Positions 13,135 to 24,989 of a DNA stretch of 64,000 nucleotides are shown here, piece after piece (the stretch's first letter is position 1; each line of letters opens with the position of its first letter). The DNA lies in the NCBI GenBank assembly GCA_964016885.1, contig OZ024744.1:103726001-103790000 (forward strand), read 5' to 3'. The notes below the pieces were generated by a model. That model made no database searches. It saw only the letters and a list, made by a program, of their open reading frames with translations, and was not told the DNA's origin. The DNA is from Eledone cirrhosa (taxonomy: Eukaryota). Both the position numbers and the translations under genes were made by a program.

Positions 13135-14000
13135 CAGGGTGCGGATGATATTTGTTCGCAAGATTACTGTCTAGGAAAAAATAACACAGTAGTTTTATTT
13201 TTTAAGATATATTTATCAAACTTGGGTCAGTTTGTCTTCATGACTTGTTCTTTCGATCTCACTCGATAAACCCACCATTGGCTTTGATGACGGCCTCGGA
13301 ACCGGCTACAGGCCTTCGTCACTGTCCCCCGACTTAGGTCCCTAAAGGCACTTGTGATCCTGGCCTTCAGATCGTCTTTTGTATTGCAGCTAGATCTGTT
13401 GGTGTCCCGTTCCACTGCGCCCCACACAAAGAAGTCGAGGGGGTTGCAGTCAGGCGAGCTGGGAGGCCAGATGTCAGGTGAAATGTGGTCGACAAAGTTC
13501 TCTGACAGCCAGGCTTGGGTTTTTTGGCTGGTATGGTAGGGCGCTGAGTCTTGCTGCCACACGTACGGCCTATCTGCAGCTAGCTGGTTGACCCAGGGCT
13601 TTACTACCTCGCTCAGAACGCAGATGTAGCCATCGGTGTTCAGCTTGAGGCCCTCAGGGAAAAAGTGAGGTGACATGACGTCACCATGACTGCTGACGAC
13701 ACCTAAGACCAATGTTGTCGCTGGAAACTTTGTCTGCATGACTCTGGGCACGTCTGACCTTTTCCACCATTCTCCTGCTGATGCTGAGGAAGTCTGAAAT
13801 TTCCTTATTTGTCCTCCCGGCTCAGATTCCAAGAAGAACTCTGTGTCTCTTCCACAAATTTGGAGGTTCAAAATTATTCATAATCAATTATTCTGAAAAT
13901 AAATAATGGAAATATAGTCACTGTTTTTATGAAGACAAGAGTGACAACGGAAGTAAAAGAAATTTGTGTAAATTAGCAGTTGAAAATTGTGAACACCCTG
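13135..14000 (-). mobile_element. Tc1/mariner superfamily DD37D (maT-type) transposon, internally deleted
   Basis: CAGGGTG termini and TA duplication. QQDSAP..WPPSSPDCNPLD has 37 residues between the last two catalytic aspartates. Empty sites exist at about 4940 and about 23935. Confidence 0.9.
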
Positions 14001-14150
14001 TATATATCATCAGCATTGTTGTTTAACGTCCGCTTTCCCTGCTAACAAGGGTTGGAGGGGTTCATATAGACCTTTGTTTGGCAAGCTCTCTATGGCCAGT
14101 TGCCATTCCTGATATGAGCCACTTTACACCATGTACTGAGTGCTTTTATC

Positions 14151-14452
14151 ATCTAGATCACCATCACTAGGGAGGTTGCCACGTCCTTCATACAACTGAA
14201 GGGCCCTCCCACCCTTTGTTTAGCAAGATTTCTACAGGTTCGTACCCTTCCTATCACCCACTATTTAACAATGTGTAGTGGGTACATTTCTCATGTAGAT
14301 CACAACACTAGAGAGGTTGTTGTGTCATTGATACAACTGAAGGGTCCTACCAACCCTTTTAGGTATAGTTTCTACAGCAGGGTGCTATTCATGTCGACAA
14401 CCAACATTACAGAGTGTACTGGGTGCATTTACTTGGCAGTGTCACTCGAGAA
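14151..14452 (+). repeat. Near-identical duplicate of 1-301 (part of a larger duplicated unit)
   Basis: Both start atctagatcaccatcactag, and the ORF track gives nearly the same spurious peptide at 122 and 14271. Confidence 0.9.
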
Positions 14453-14667
14453 GTTTTAAGTCATAGGCCCATATGATTTGATGGTCATGTTGGTAGTTGA
14501 TTGTGTTGTTGTGTTGCTTCATTTGTAGGGTGTGTGCTCACTTGTAGCTTACTATGTCATGAGGTCACTGTTGTGTGACACAGTGTGACCAGAGATTGCA
14601 TGTGTGCAGTAAGTGTTCAATAAGATGATGATATGATAGTTCCTTGATCACGCAGAAAATGAATATA

Positions 14668-15085
14668 TATATAAATAAACCACGATAATACAAAACCGCT
14701 ATATTATTAATTTATTGGAAATAACTTATGCCGAAGTGTATACACAGGAATTATGGATATTATTTGTTTGAAAAGTAGAGTTAAAGTTGTATTTACTAAG
14801 AAAACTGCATGAACTTTACTGGCTGGGTTGAGAGAGAGGGAGACAAAGAGATAGAGTAAGAGAAGGTAAGAGTCTGTAAGACCCCAATGTTTACTTTATC
14901 AAGAACTGCTCTGAACTTGCTGGCCTGATCTAAGGCAGGCTATTTATCTATGTTGCTTCCTCTGTCTCCAAGACTTGAGAACAAAGGACTGACTTTTCAA
15001 GGTCGTCCAATCTCGAAAGGAGATAACCCAGAAAATGACCATTAAATGTCAACCAAGGGTCAAAGTGTGGACAGATTTCACTACA
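14668..15085 (-). mobile_element. Probable solo LTR
   Basis: The minus strand starts TGTAGTGAAATC, like the LTR at 9976. Contains TATA-like and AATAAA signals and is flanked by TATA. The left boundary is ambiguous within (TA)n. Confidence 0.5.
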
Positions 15086-15539
15086 TATATAGATATATAG
15101 AATTAAGATGTTTGCTCCAACATAACTGTATACATATAAGTATGTGAATTTCATATAACTAATGATATATGGTATGTTTATGAATATATCTTGGAAAGAG
15201 GAAAGAAAGTTGGACGTGTCAGGCTTAAGCCCTTCTTCAGGAGTACAAATAGAGACAGGATGACAATGAAGAAAGAGAAAAAAGGTCCAGTAAAGACAAA
15301 AAAAATCAAAAATTAAGTTTGAAAACAAGACAACTGTTAGGTAGTCTTGGTAATGAGTTGGAACACAAAGTGGAGTGTGTGTGTGTATTAGTGTCGTTAT
15401 ATGTGTGAGTATGTGTATAAACGTGTGATTTTTAAAGTTATAATGTGTAAAGTATCAAAGATAGTGTGTGTATGTGTATATCCATGTGTTACTGGCAGTG
15501 GACATGTATGTGTGAGTGAATGTAAGTTTGAATGTCTGT

Positions 15540-16715
15540 CGGGTCTACTGGGGTAGTTTCTCTCTCTCCCATTCGTTCTCAACATTCATCAGTCTCTCAT
15601 AATGACATTTCCAGGGCTCCTTTTTCTGAGTATCAGTGACACTAAGTGCACCAGCATCATTTCAGACACACTTATCTCCAACAACATCCTGACTTACACA
15701 GACACACCGCCTTGCAATGCGGAACACTGCATGTCTCTGATCTTTTCATCACAGAACATTGACAAACTTCCTACTCTCAGCTTCCCTACATGCTAAGTAC
15801 ACCTGGCATCTAGCGTCTCTTTTAGCAGCTGTGTATCGGTCTCTACTCCCACCATTTTTCCAAGTCTTCCATGCTTTATATATATATATATATAATCATC
15901 ATCACTGTTTTACGTCCATTCTTCCACACTAGCATGGGTTAGACAGGTTGTCCTGTTGTGGGCAATTCCAGGTCAGGTGACCATGCCTTGCTCAAACAGA
16001 ACTGATTTTGACTAGATTTCTGAAGCTGGATGGCAGTACTCATTTACAGTGAGTACTGGCTGTTTTTTGCCATGGCACCTATACAACCGCTTTACAGAGT
16101 GGACTGGGTGCTTCTTTGTCATGACACCTCCATGACCATTTTACAGTGGGAGGTAGGTGAGAGCATACTATCTACATGCTTTAGTTTTGGCTTATACTTG
16201 TGGTAAGTTGGGTCTTCTGTATTACTGCATAACGCCTGAGGTCCCGGTCATGTGTCATCGCCTTTGAGAGGTGCAATTGGGCAAGGTCAGCTTTTATCAT
16301 CTCGTCCCAGGTCTTCTTGGGTTTCCAAACTCCAAGGCTTCCATCGACTTTTAGTGCTCTGCACCTTTTTATGCAGCTGTCATCCTTCATATGTATCGCA
16401 TGTCCATACCAACGCAACCTCCTCTCCTGCACACAGCATTTGATTCCTCTTATGCTCAGTCTCTCTCTCTCAATTTGTTTATGCTTTGCCATTCATGTAT
16501 ATTACTATTACACATCCATCGGAGCATGCAAGCTTTGTTTCTTTCTAATCTACGCAAGTCTTCTGCACACAGTGCCCAGATCTCACTACCATGTAACATT
16601 GCTGTTCGTATGCACGCATCATACAGTCTGCCTTTCATTTTGAGGGAAAAGCCTTTTGCAGCTAGCAGTGGTAGTAGCTCCCTGAACCTCTACCATCCCG
16701 TTCTTACCCTGGTTA
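15540..16715 (-). mobile_element. Decayed RTE LINE fragments and 3' UTR
   Basis: KGRLYDACIRTAMLHGSEIW and ERRLRWYGH..KPKKTW C-terminal motifs. Confidence 0.8.
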
Positions 16716-17074
16716 TATATATATGGGGATGGCGATGGCGACGTTTTCTTCATTGGCCACATGGGCTAACATGAAGAAAAAACATTACAGACGGTACAGG
16801 ACAATACAAAGTGGGTTTTGGCCGTGTAAAAAGGTTATTACAAGAAGATAGAAATGTGTAAAAACAAATCAAAAATATTCAAACAACAAAAATTCTCAAA
16901 AAAGGGGGAAACCTCTTAGGGTCACCCGTGGTGAAAACCACACAAAAGACCACAGCCACCCTGACCACGTAAAACTCCTCTGGTTTCAATCGTTTATGAC
17001 ACGTTTTACAACTGTCGTAAAACTCTTTTAGATTATCTCCCTTTCCCTTCTCTCTCTCACTTCCGGTTGCTCCA

Positions 17075-17115
<41 letters not shown>

Positions 17116-17552
17116 CTCTACCTTCACTTCGATTGAGATGGCACGGTATGACTGGCCTCCTGTTATCGCACCCCCAGACTTAAGTCTAATCGGTACGCTA
17201 TAACTTATTCTATTCTATTTTTCCCCTTTTTTCTTCTTCTTTTTTCTTTTCTTTCCCTCCTGGCTTTTTGATCGATAAAAGGCCTTGGGTGCGCCGCTGA
17301 TCGTTTTAGATGTCCTGTATTAAGCGCCGAAACCTCTTGATCTCAGTTTTACAGCGGATGAAGGATTTCTTTCCTTCTCTTGTTTCATCCATACTACCAT
17401 CTTAAACTATATATATCTGTTGGACACGCAGTGACTAACAACAGAATGTTTTAAGTCTGCGTGTCTGACATACATGCATAGCTTGTGAATAAAAAATTCA
17501 AGGGGTATCGCTGGACGTGGTAATCCCTCCCAAACATCTTTTGTAACATCTT

Positions 17553-17715
17553 ATTGGCTAATTTCATTGTCTTATTGGCTAATCAACCAATGAGAGTAAT
17601 TGTTGCTCAAAAACATCCGCCACTTTGTTTGCACGTTTATTTATTGTTTTGCTTTCGAATCTTCCTCCAGTATTTCGTCGTTTATCATCAAAATATTTTT
17701 CTTGTTTTGGTAAGT
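17553..17715 (+). promoter_or_regulatory. Possible CCAAT-box promoter followed by a short first exon ending at a GTAAGT donor
   Basis: ATTGG, ATTGG and CCAAT within 40 bp (17553-17591); TTG|GTAAGT at about 17710; not repeated elsewhere in the window. Confidence 0.3.
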
Positions 17716-18121
17716 TATATTGTTAATTTATATATGATTTTTAAAATTTATATTAACTATTAAAAGTCTGAAAATATTTTTATACATCTTACAATAATAT
17801 TTATAAGATCATTTATAAAATAACAATTATATAATCTAATTACATTACAACGATAATTTATTATTAATATATATCATGTTTAACTAGAGTCATTATAAGC
17901 ATTGCCTTAAAAAAATATTAAACTAGACCTGAAAAATGTGCAAGTTCAAAAGAGCCACAGAATGTTATAATAAACCTTCAAAAGTGTGGGACTAGAGTTG
18001 TTGCTAGCAAGGAAAAAACAAACTTTAAAGATGGTGATGTTAATGATACATACATACATACATATCTACATGCATGCATGTATACAAACATACATACATA
18101 TCTACATACATACATGCATGC

Positions 18122-18733
18122 ATGGTGGCTGCCAACTCGTTTTCGAGTACGGCCATTACTTTATATCCATGTAGGAGAACCCCTATCGATGCGCTGAACG
18201 AGTGTGACTTTTTAGTCCAGCCAGCAACTTGAAAACTCTGGTACAAACACTACACTTGTGACAATTATTGACACATAGTGCTGGGCCCATGGTACCATGT
18301 GATGACAAGGGCAGAGAGATCTCCAGATATAAAGCAATGCCTGTGCCGTGAAGCTTTTATAGTGAGGAAAAGGCACTGCACAAAGCCAGTCCCACTCTCT
18401 TAACCAAGATGATATTTACCAAAAAGAAGAACAAGTCAACATCATTGGATACCATCAGGGTTGCAGGTGTTATATCAGAGTTTTCCTTCTCCTAGAATTC
18501 TGCCTTGACAAAAGCTAAGGGGTCATCTCTCCCGGTGATTTTGGATGGCCATTGACTCTTAAGAGGTCCTTTGCCCTTTGACAGGTTTTGTTTTTAGTCC
18601 TGCAGGATGTCCAAAGTCACCCACCTCACCAAGAAACCTTGGTGGGGTTGCCAGTTTAGTCGCCAACGACCCGACCATGAGACAGGTTGTACTGGGATAC
18701 ATGTTACCAGTAGCACCAACTGGTGACCTGACA
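18122..18733 (-). mobile_element. Bipartite non-autonomous RTE derivative (5' UTR fused to 3' end)
   Basis: Its 5' end matches the start of the RTE at 19857 and it contains ctaggagaaggaaaactctga. Its 3' end resembles the RTE tail at 45993-46034. Flanked by (TATG)n. Confidence 0.7.
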
Positions 18734-18776
18734 TGCATACATACATACATATCTACATACATACATACATGCATGC

Positions 18777-19588
18777 AAAGTAGTCTATCTTGGACCAGTA
18801 ACCACTATATTGGCTCCCACTTTGAAGGATATGCTTTTGCAATCCAAGAACAGGAAATCAACACAAAATACCTGATTCACAAAAGAGATAGAGATGCAGG
18901 CGAAACACCTGGTTATGACAACTCTGCAGAATTAACATCGAAGATGTCACGCATGTCATAAGCAGCTGTCCAAAGATGTCATCGCAGTACTATCTACCTC
19001 AGCTGGATATGATCTTAGACCGTAGAAAGATGAGACAAATACCACAAAGGATGCACAGTAGTGGAAGTTAGCTGCCCAGCAGATGCCAATATAATATCAA
19101 AGATTAGCGAAAAGGAGAATATTTATGCAGAACTAATGAGAAATCTTCAGATACTCCACCCTGACTATACCTTCAGATTTATACCTGTAATTATTGGGGC
19201 ACTGGGATATGTTAGTAACTGCCTCAATACAAATCTTGAGAAGCTAGACTTCACAGAAACAGATATAACACAACTAGTTAGGAAATTACAAGTACAATCC
19301 ATTAATGGAACAGTAAAAATATGTAAAATATTCCAGAAATTCTGCAACTAATAACAGCATATACACATGTACAGATACAAAGCATATGCACATGCACATA
19401 TATAACTCAAAACATTCACATCCACACATACCATAACACCCATGCCTGCACACACCCAAGCCTACAGACATGCATACATATCTACCTAGTTGATGTCTAA
19501 ATTCCAATGAAAGAGTCTTGTGTCTATGTTAGATACTGACTCTCTCTCTATTGGTAAACATTTATAAAATCATAAAACCAGAAGAACA
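18777..19588 (+). mobile_element. 5'-truncated R4/Dong-like element with internal deletion
   Basis: SHFEGYAFAIQEQEI and EVSCPADANI..KENIY motifs plus the shared 3' UTR; (CATA)n on both sides. Confidence 0.85.
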
Positions 19589-19688
19589 TACATACATACA
19601 TTCACACACACTCAGATATATATATGTATATACTATCTCACACTGATATCTATGTAAGATTGCTTCTATTTTCTTTGATTTGATTTAG

Positions 19689-19757
19689 TCGCACTCCGTT
19701 ATCCCTTGGGAATGTCAGAAAAGTTACCCAAGAAATCTAGACGGAATACTTTACTGG
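19689..19757 (+). CDS. Candidate 69-nt phase-1/phase-1 exon, copy C (ALRYPLGMSEKLPKKSRRNTLL)
   Basis: Pyrimidine tract plus atttAG acceptor, G|GTAAGT donor and an open frame. The other two frames contain or align with stops in the paralogs. Confidence 0.5.
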
Positions 19758-19856
19758 GTAAGTTATAATTAAAACATACTTTGAAATTCTGTTTTGTGTG
19801 TAAACATCTATTTTCTGTTGGATTTGTTTGTATGTATGTATAGATATAGCATATTA

Positions 19857-22800
19857 TGTCAGGTCGCTCTTGAGTGCTACTGGAAACATGTAACCTAGTA
19901 CAGTTCTTTCCTTGAGAGAAGGACACTCTGAAATACCTGTGGTTGATATAGCTACCAATCATCTTGCTTCTGCTTGTCATTGAATTCTGGCTGTTGATAC
20001 TTAGAGAACAGTATATATGTCTCACAAGCATATGCTGCTATGATCTCCTTGTGTAGATATCTCTCCAAAGTCCTGTGGCAATGGGGAAGTAGCGATATGT
20101 ACAGACCTAACGAGTTGGAGGTATGCAGTTGCTAATCTGCACACAGGCGGCTTAAGGTTTATCTAACGTCGTTGCCTGTTTTTGGAATATCTGGCTTGGG
20201 CAGAGTCTTTTGTGAATGAGTAGCCCTTTCCAAGGAGAACACTGCTTACCCAAATCTTGGGAGAGGTCTAGGAAAGGTGACCAAAAAATTGTCGGTTCCA
20301 CCATCAAGCAAGCCAGCAACCTGCGGCTGACAGCTGTTGATACCCGCATGAGAAACAAGAAGAAAAATAATAATTTCCAAAAGAATAGAATACCACTGAA
20401 TGTTGCGATGTGGAACATACGAACACTTCTTCACAGAGAACTATCGACCAATCCAGGACTGCTATTGTTGACAGAGAGTTGAGCAGATATGATATTGATA
20501 TAGCTACACTCTCTGAAATTCATCTTAGTGGGCAAGGTCATCTATCAGAGAGGGGTGCTGGCTATGCATTCTTCTGGAAAGCGAAACCAAATGGGGAGAA
20601 AAGGAATGGAGGAGTAGGTTTTGCTGTCCAAACAGAGATCACAAAATGACTGGATCAACCACAAGGCATTAGTGATCGTACCATGCATCTAAGAGTTCCT
20701 TTTTCTAGGGAACGTTTCAATATTGTCATCTCAGTGTATGCCCCTACCCTGAAGAGTAGCCAAGAATCAATCATGGCATTTTACCAAGATTTACGACGGT
20801 GTATAACATCAATTCCACATTCAGATAAGATCTTGCTTCATGGGAATTTTAATGCATGTGTAGGAAGGGACAACCACATCTGGAATGTTTTAGGATGTCA
20901 CGTTATAGGTAAAGATGAATGCCAATGGTCTCCTTTTGCAGTTATACACTGAGTTTGAGCAGGTCGTATGTAACACATTTTTTCAGCAAAAGGAGATCTA
21001 GAAGACAACGTTGATACACCCAAGATCGAAACATGGACACATCTTGGATTACATCATCACCAGGAAGAGAGACTTCCAGGATATCTGCTCTGTCAGAGTA
21101 ATGCATGGTACAGAATATGGTACAGATCACAAACTTGTGTGTGGCAAGGTGAAGATGAAGATCAGAAGATTATTGAGAGCAGCAGGGGTACAAGTGCCAA
21201 AACATAGAGATGTATCAAAACTGCAAAGTGTAGAAATGCGAGACGCTCTTCAAAATACACTTGTCTTTGATGGAATTTGGGAACAGTTTAAAATACAGGT
21301 TTACAATAGAGCTGATGTACCTGGTCTTAAGAAGATAAAAACAGAGACTGGTTTGATGACAATGATGCTGCAATCTCCATGCTTATTGAGGAAAAAAACA
21401 AGCTGTATGAGAAGTGCCTTGTTGCAGAGGGTCCTATGAAGACCACTTTTGAGAAAGCCTTCAAAGAAGCTAAATCAAAATGACAAAATAAAACACGAAA
21501 GATAAAGAATAACTGGTGGTCTGAAGTTTCAGCAGAGATGCAGAGAGCTTATAACTGCAGAAACCTGAAGGCACTATACAGCACAATAGGGCAAGTTTTT
21601 GGTCCACAACCCTCAAAAATGGCACCTTTAAAGTCAAAAGATGGGAACGTCTTCATCAAAGATCCAGTAGGTACATGAGTCGGTAGACTGAACATTTAAA
21701 TCTGTTTGACAATACATCTGTAGTTGATGAATTTATTTATGGACTGTCGCAAAGGGAGACAGTAACAGAGATGATGGATGATCCAACCTTTAATGAGATA
21801 AGGTCTATCAAAGAGATAAACATAGGGAAAGTTCCAGGTTTGGATGGAATACCTGTTGAGATGATTTGCTTTGGAGGAGACAATGTTTCTATGGCTATTC
21901 ATGGGCTAGTTTTATCTGTATGGCATGGTGAGCCTGTCCCACAAGACTAGGTAGATGCAATTTTGCTCTCGATTTACAAGAGCAAGGGCTCCAAGTCAGA
22001 ATGCAGTGATTATCGTGGTATAAGTCTACTTGAATTGGTAGGAAAAGTCTTATCCAAGGTCTTGCTGAATTGTCTAGTAAAATATATCTGTCCTGGAGCC
22101 ATCCCTGAGACCCTGAAACCCAGTGTGGTTTCAGAGCTGGGTGGGGTACTATGTACATTATTTTCTCAGCCCGTCAGTTTATGGAGAAGTGTGTTGAGCA
22201 GCAAGTGCCACTTTACCAAGTAATTGTGAGCCTTACTAAAGCCTTTGATACTGTTAATCTGAGTGCCTTGTGGGTTATATTGGGGAAACTTGGATGCCCT
22301 CCTAAATTTGTTGGAATATTCAGAAAACATCATCAATATATGAAAGCAAATATGGACTTCAATAGGACACTTTCAGAGGAAAATGGTGTTAAACAAGGCA
22401 ACATACCTGTACTCTCCCTGTTCTCCATCTAGTTAGCCATACTGCTGACATATGCCTTCCAAGATTTCGAAATCGGTGTATACTTGCGAATTAGAAACTC
22501 TGGCAAAATATTTAATCTAAGAGGGTTTAACACCAAGTCCAAAACATTTGGCACTCTTGTTTTGGAGTTCATGTATGCTGTCCTGATGATGCAGATTTTG
22601 TGGCTCACACAGTAGAGAACATGCAGTACATATTGGACACCTTTTCCGATGCATGCACTGTGTTTGGGCTAAATATTAGTCTAAAAAAAGACAAAGGTCA
22701 TGTACACTCCACTAGTTGGGAAAGTGTATGTGGAGCCAGACGTTTTTGTGAGAGGCAAAGACTTGAGGTGGTGGATAGCTTTGTGTATCTCAGAAGTACA

Positions 22801-23778
22801 CTTAGTAGAGGTGGTACCCTCAATGCAGAAATAGATCACCACTTGAGAAGCGAGTCTGGTCAAATTGGGGTATCACGAAAAACACAAAGCTCTCTGTGTA
22901 TGAAGCCTGTGTTCTTACAGCCCTGCTATATGGATGTGAAATGTGGACAACTTACAGGCATCATACCAGGCAGTTGGAAAGGTTTCATCAGCATTGTATC
23001 AGACTCATCCTGAACACCAAGTGGTCCTCTTACACACCTAATGCTGCAGTACTTGAGAAAGTGGGTAGCATCAGCATTGAGAGGAGGATTGTTATGGACC
23101 AGATGTGTTGGGCTGGTCATGTGGTCAGGATGGAAGATAGAAGGCTGCCTAAACAGATATTTTATGGGGAACTGACCAGAGGAAAAAGGCCACAGCATAA
23201 ACCAAAGAAGTGGTTTAAGGATGTCATAAAAGACAATCTTAAAGCTCTGAAGATTGATATGGAAAATTGGGAGAAAATGGTTCAAAACCGTACATCTTGG
23301 AGAAAGATCATCAAATATGGATGTGATGTCTTTGAGAAAAAGCAAGTGGAACATGCTGTTTTGAAGCGTTCACTTCATAAGTGGGACTAGAGTGCAATGC
23401 CTGCAAAAATTCAGCAAGATTTGAGGTGCAATTTATGTAGCCGATTTCTTCTAACAAGAGCTGGATTTGTCAACCATCTGAAATCACACGAGCCAGGGAG
23501 AAATCAAGCCAACTGTGAGATGGTTCTCCTGCCACACACTCCACAGCATATTTGCAGTGAGTGTGGCTTAATTTGCAAGTCAGCGGGTGGTCTGACCAGA
23601 CATGGTAAAATGCATGAAAACACTCTCTAGCCAGTATTGGCAGGAGACAGACAGTTCAAATGTCACATTTGTGAATAAGCCTGCTAAACAAAAGTGGGTC
23701 TGAAAAGTCACCTGCATGCACATGACCATGCAATGTTCAAGGGATGGCACTCTTCTGACAAGAAGTAGCAAACAACAT
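19857..23778 (+). mobile_element. Full-length but decayed RTE LINE (APE, RT and three C2H2 fingers)
   Basis: WNIRTL, YAPT and LDYII endonuclease motifs; YRGISLL and KAFDTV RT motifs; WAGHVVRM..RLPK; fingers at about 23425-23725. Many stops and frameshifts. Confidence 0.9.
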
Positions 23779-24009
23779 GTATGTGTGTATTTCAGCTTTT
23801 AAAATAGGTACACCAAATGTTGTAAGAGGTAAATAAAAGGTTTCGTATCAAATCCTTGTCTCAAAAAATTCTGTACAACCCATTCCATCATGAAAAGGTT
23901 TGTGTAAAAGATGATGATCATGACGGTATATAGATATATATGTCATCAACATTGTTGTTTAATGTCTGCTTTCCCTGCTAGCAAGGGTTGGACAGGATCA
24001 TACGATCCT

Positions 24010-24890
24010 TTATCATCTCAATTTTGACAAATTGGTTGACACGTGTTCCCTCAGCAACTGTCCAATGCGCCAGAGGAACTGTTGCTTATGCACGTACATC
24101 ATATACAAGGTAGAATGTGACAAGTGTAACAATTTCTACATCAGTAGCACCATCCGGCCACTACATGTCCGGATTAGGAACACATCAACACTAGGGCCTC
24201 GTCTTTCTGGAAACACATAATCAAATGCGGAAACAAAGATGGAAGGCCCATTGTCACAGTGTTAGCGATGGAATACAACGTCGGCAATTTAAGAATCAAG
24301 GAGGCACTTTGGATCAAACATCTTGGACCACAAATAAATAACCGATCCGAGAGAAGTGAGACGATATGGCTGGTGTAAATAAATGGAACAGCAACAACAC
24401 ACACACACACACAGTAGCAATCGAGCGATTGTTATTGTGTGTATATCATGTCCACCATGCAGACAACAGACAGGCAGACTACTATCACCATGCCTGCCAC
24501 TGACCCCACTATCACAGACAGAACACAAAGATTTGACAGCAATGATGCGTACACACTGACCCACCACCACCACCACCACCCCACTATTCTAGTATAGAAG
24601 AACTGCTTCAAACTTTATCTGACCACAATAATTCCGCGCGCACACACACCCGATAGAGTATTTCAGTTGTACACACACGGTAAACAACAAAGGCCACATG
24701 TTGTCCCTCTCCGACTAAAAACCTTTTCCCCTCAGAAAACCCCCAGTTGATGCATGTGAAATCTGAAATATAGGGACTATTAAATCATTTCCAAGGTAAC
24801 TCTGTCTCGTGTTATTATTTTTACACTTTTCTTACATTCCTTTATGGTTTCTATGCTTCCTGTTACATCTCTCTATCATTACCACCTGAT
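24010..24890 (+). mobile_element. Penelope-like element 3' fragment (GIY-YIG and pLTR)
   Basis: C..C..C linker followed by IIYKVECDKCNNFYISSTIRPLHVRI; degenerate hammerhead-like remnant at about 24742-24776. Confidence 0.7.
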
Positions 24891-24989
24891 TCTGTTACCC
24901 AGGGATTTACCCATCTGCCTTGTTAAGGCTTCCAAAAGGACTATTTTTATAAATATATATATGTGTGTGTGTGTAACTATATATATTCT

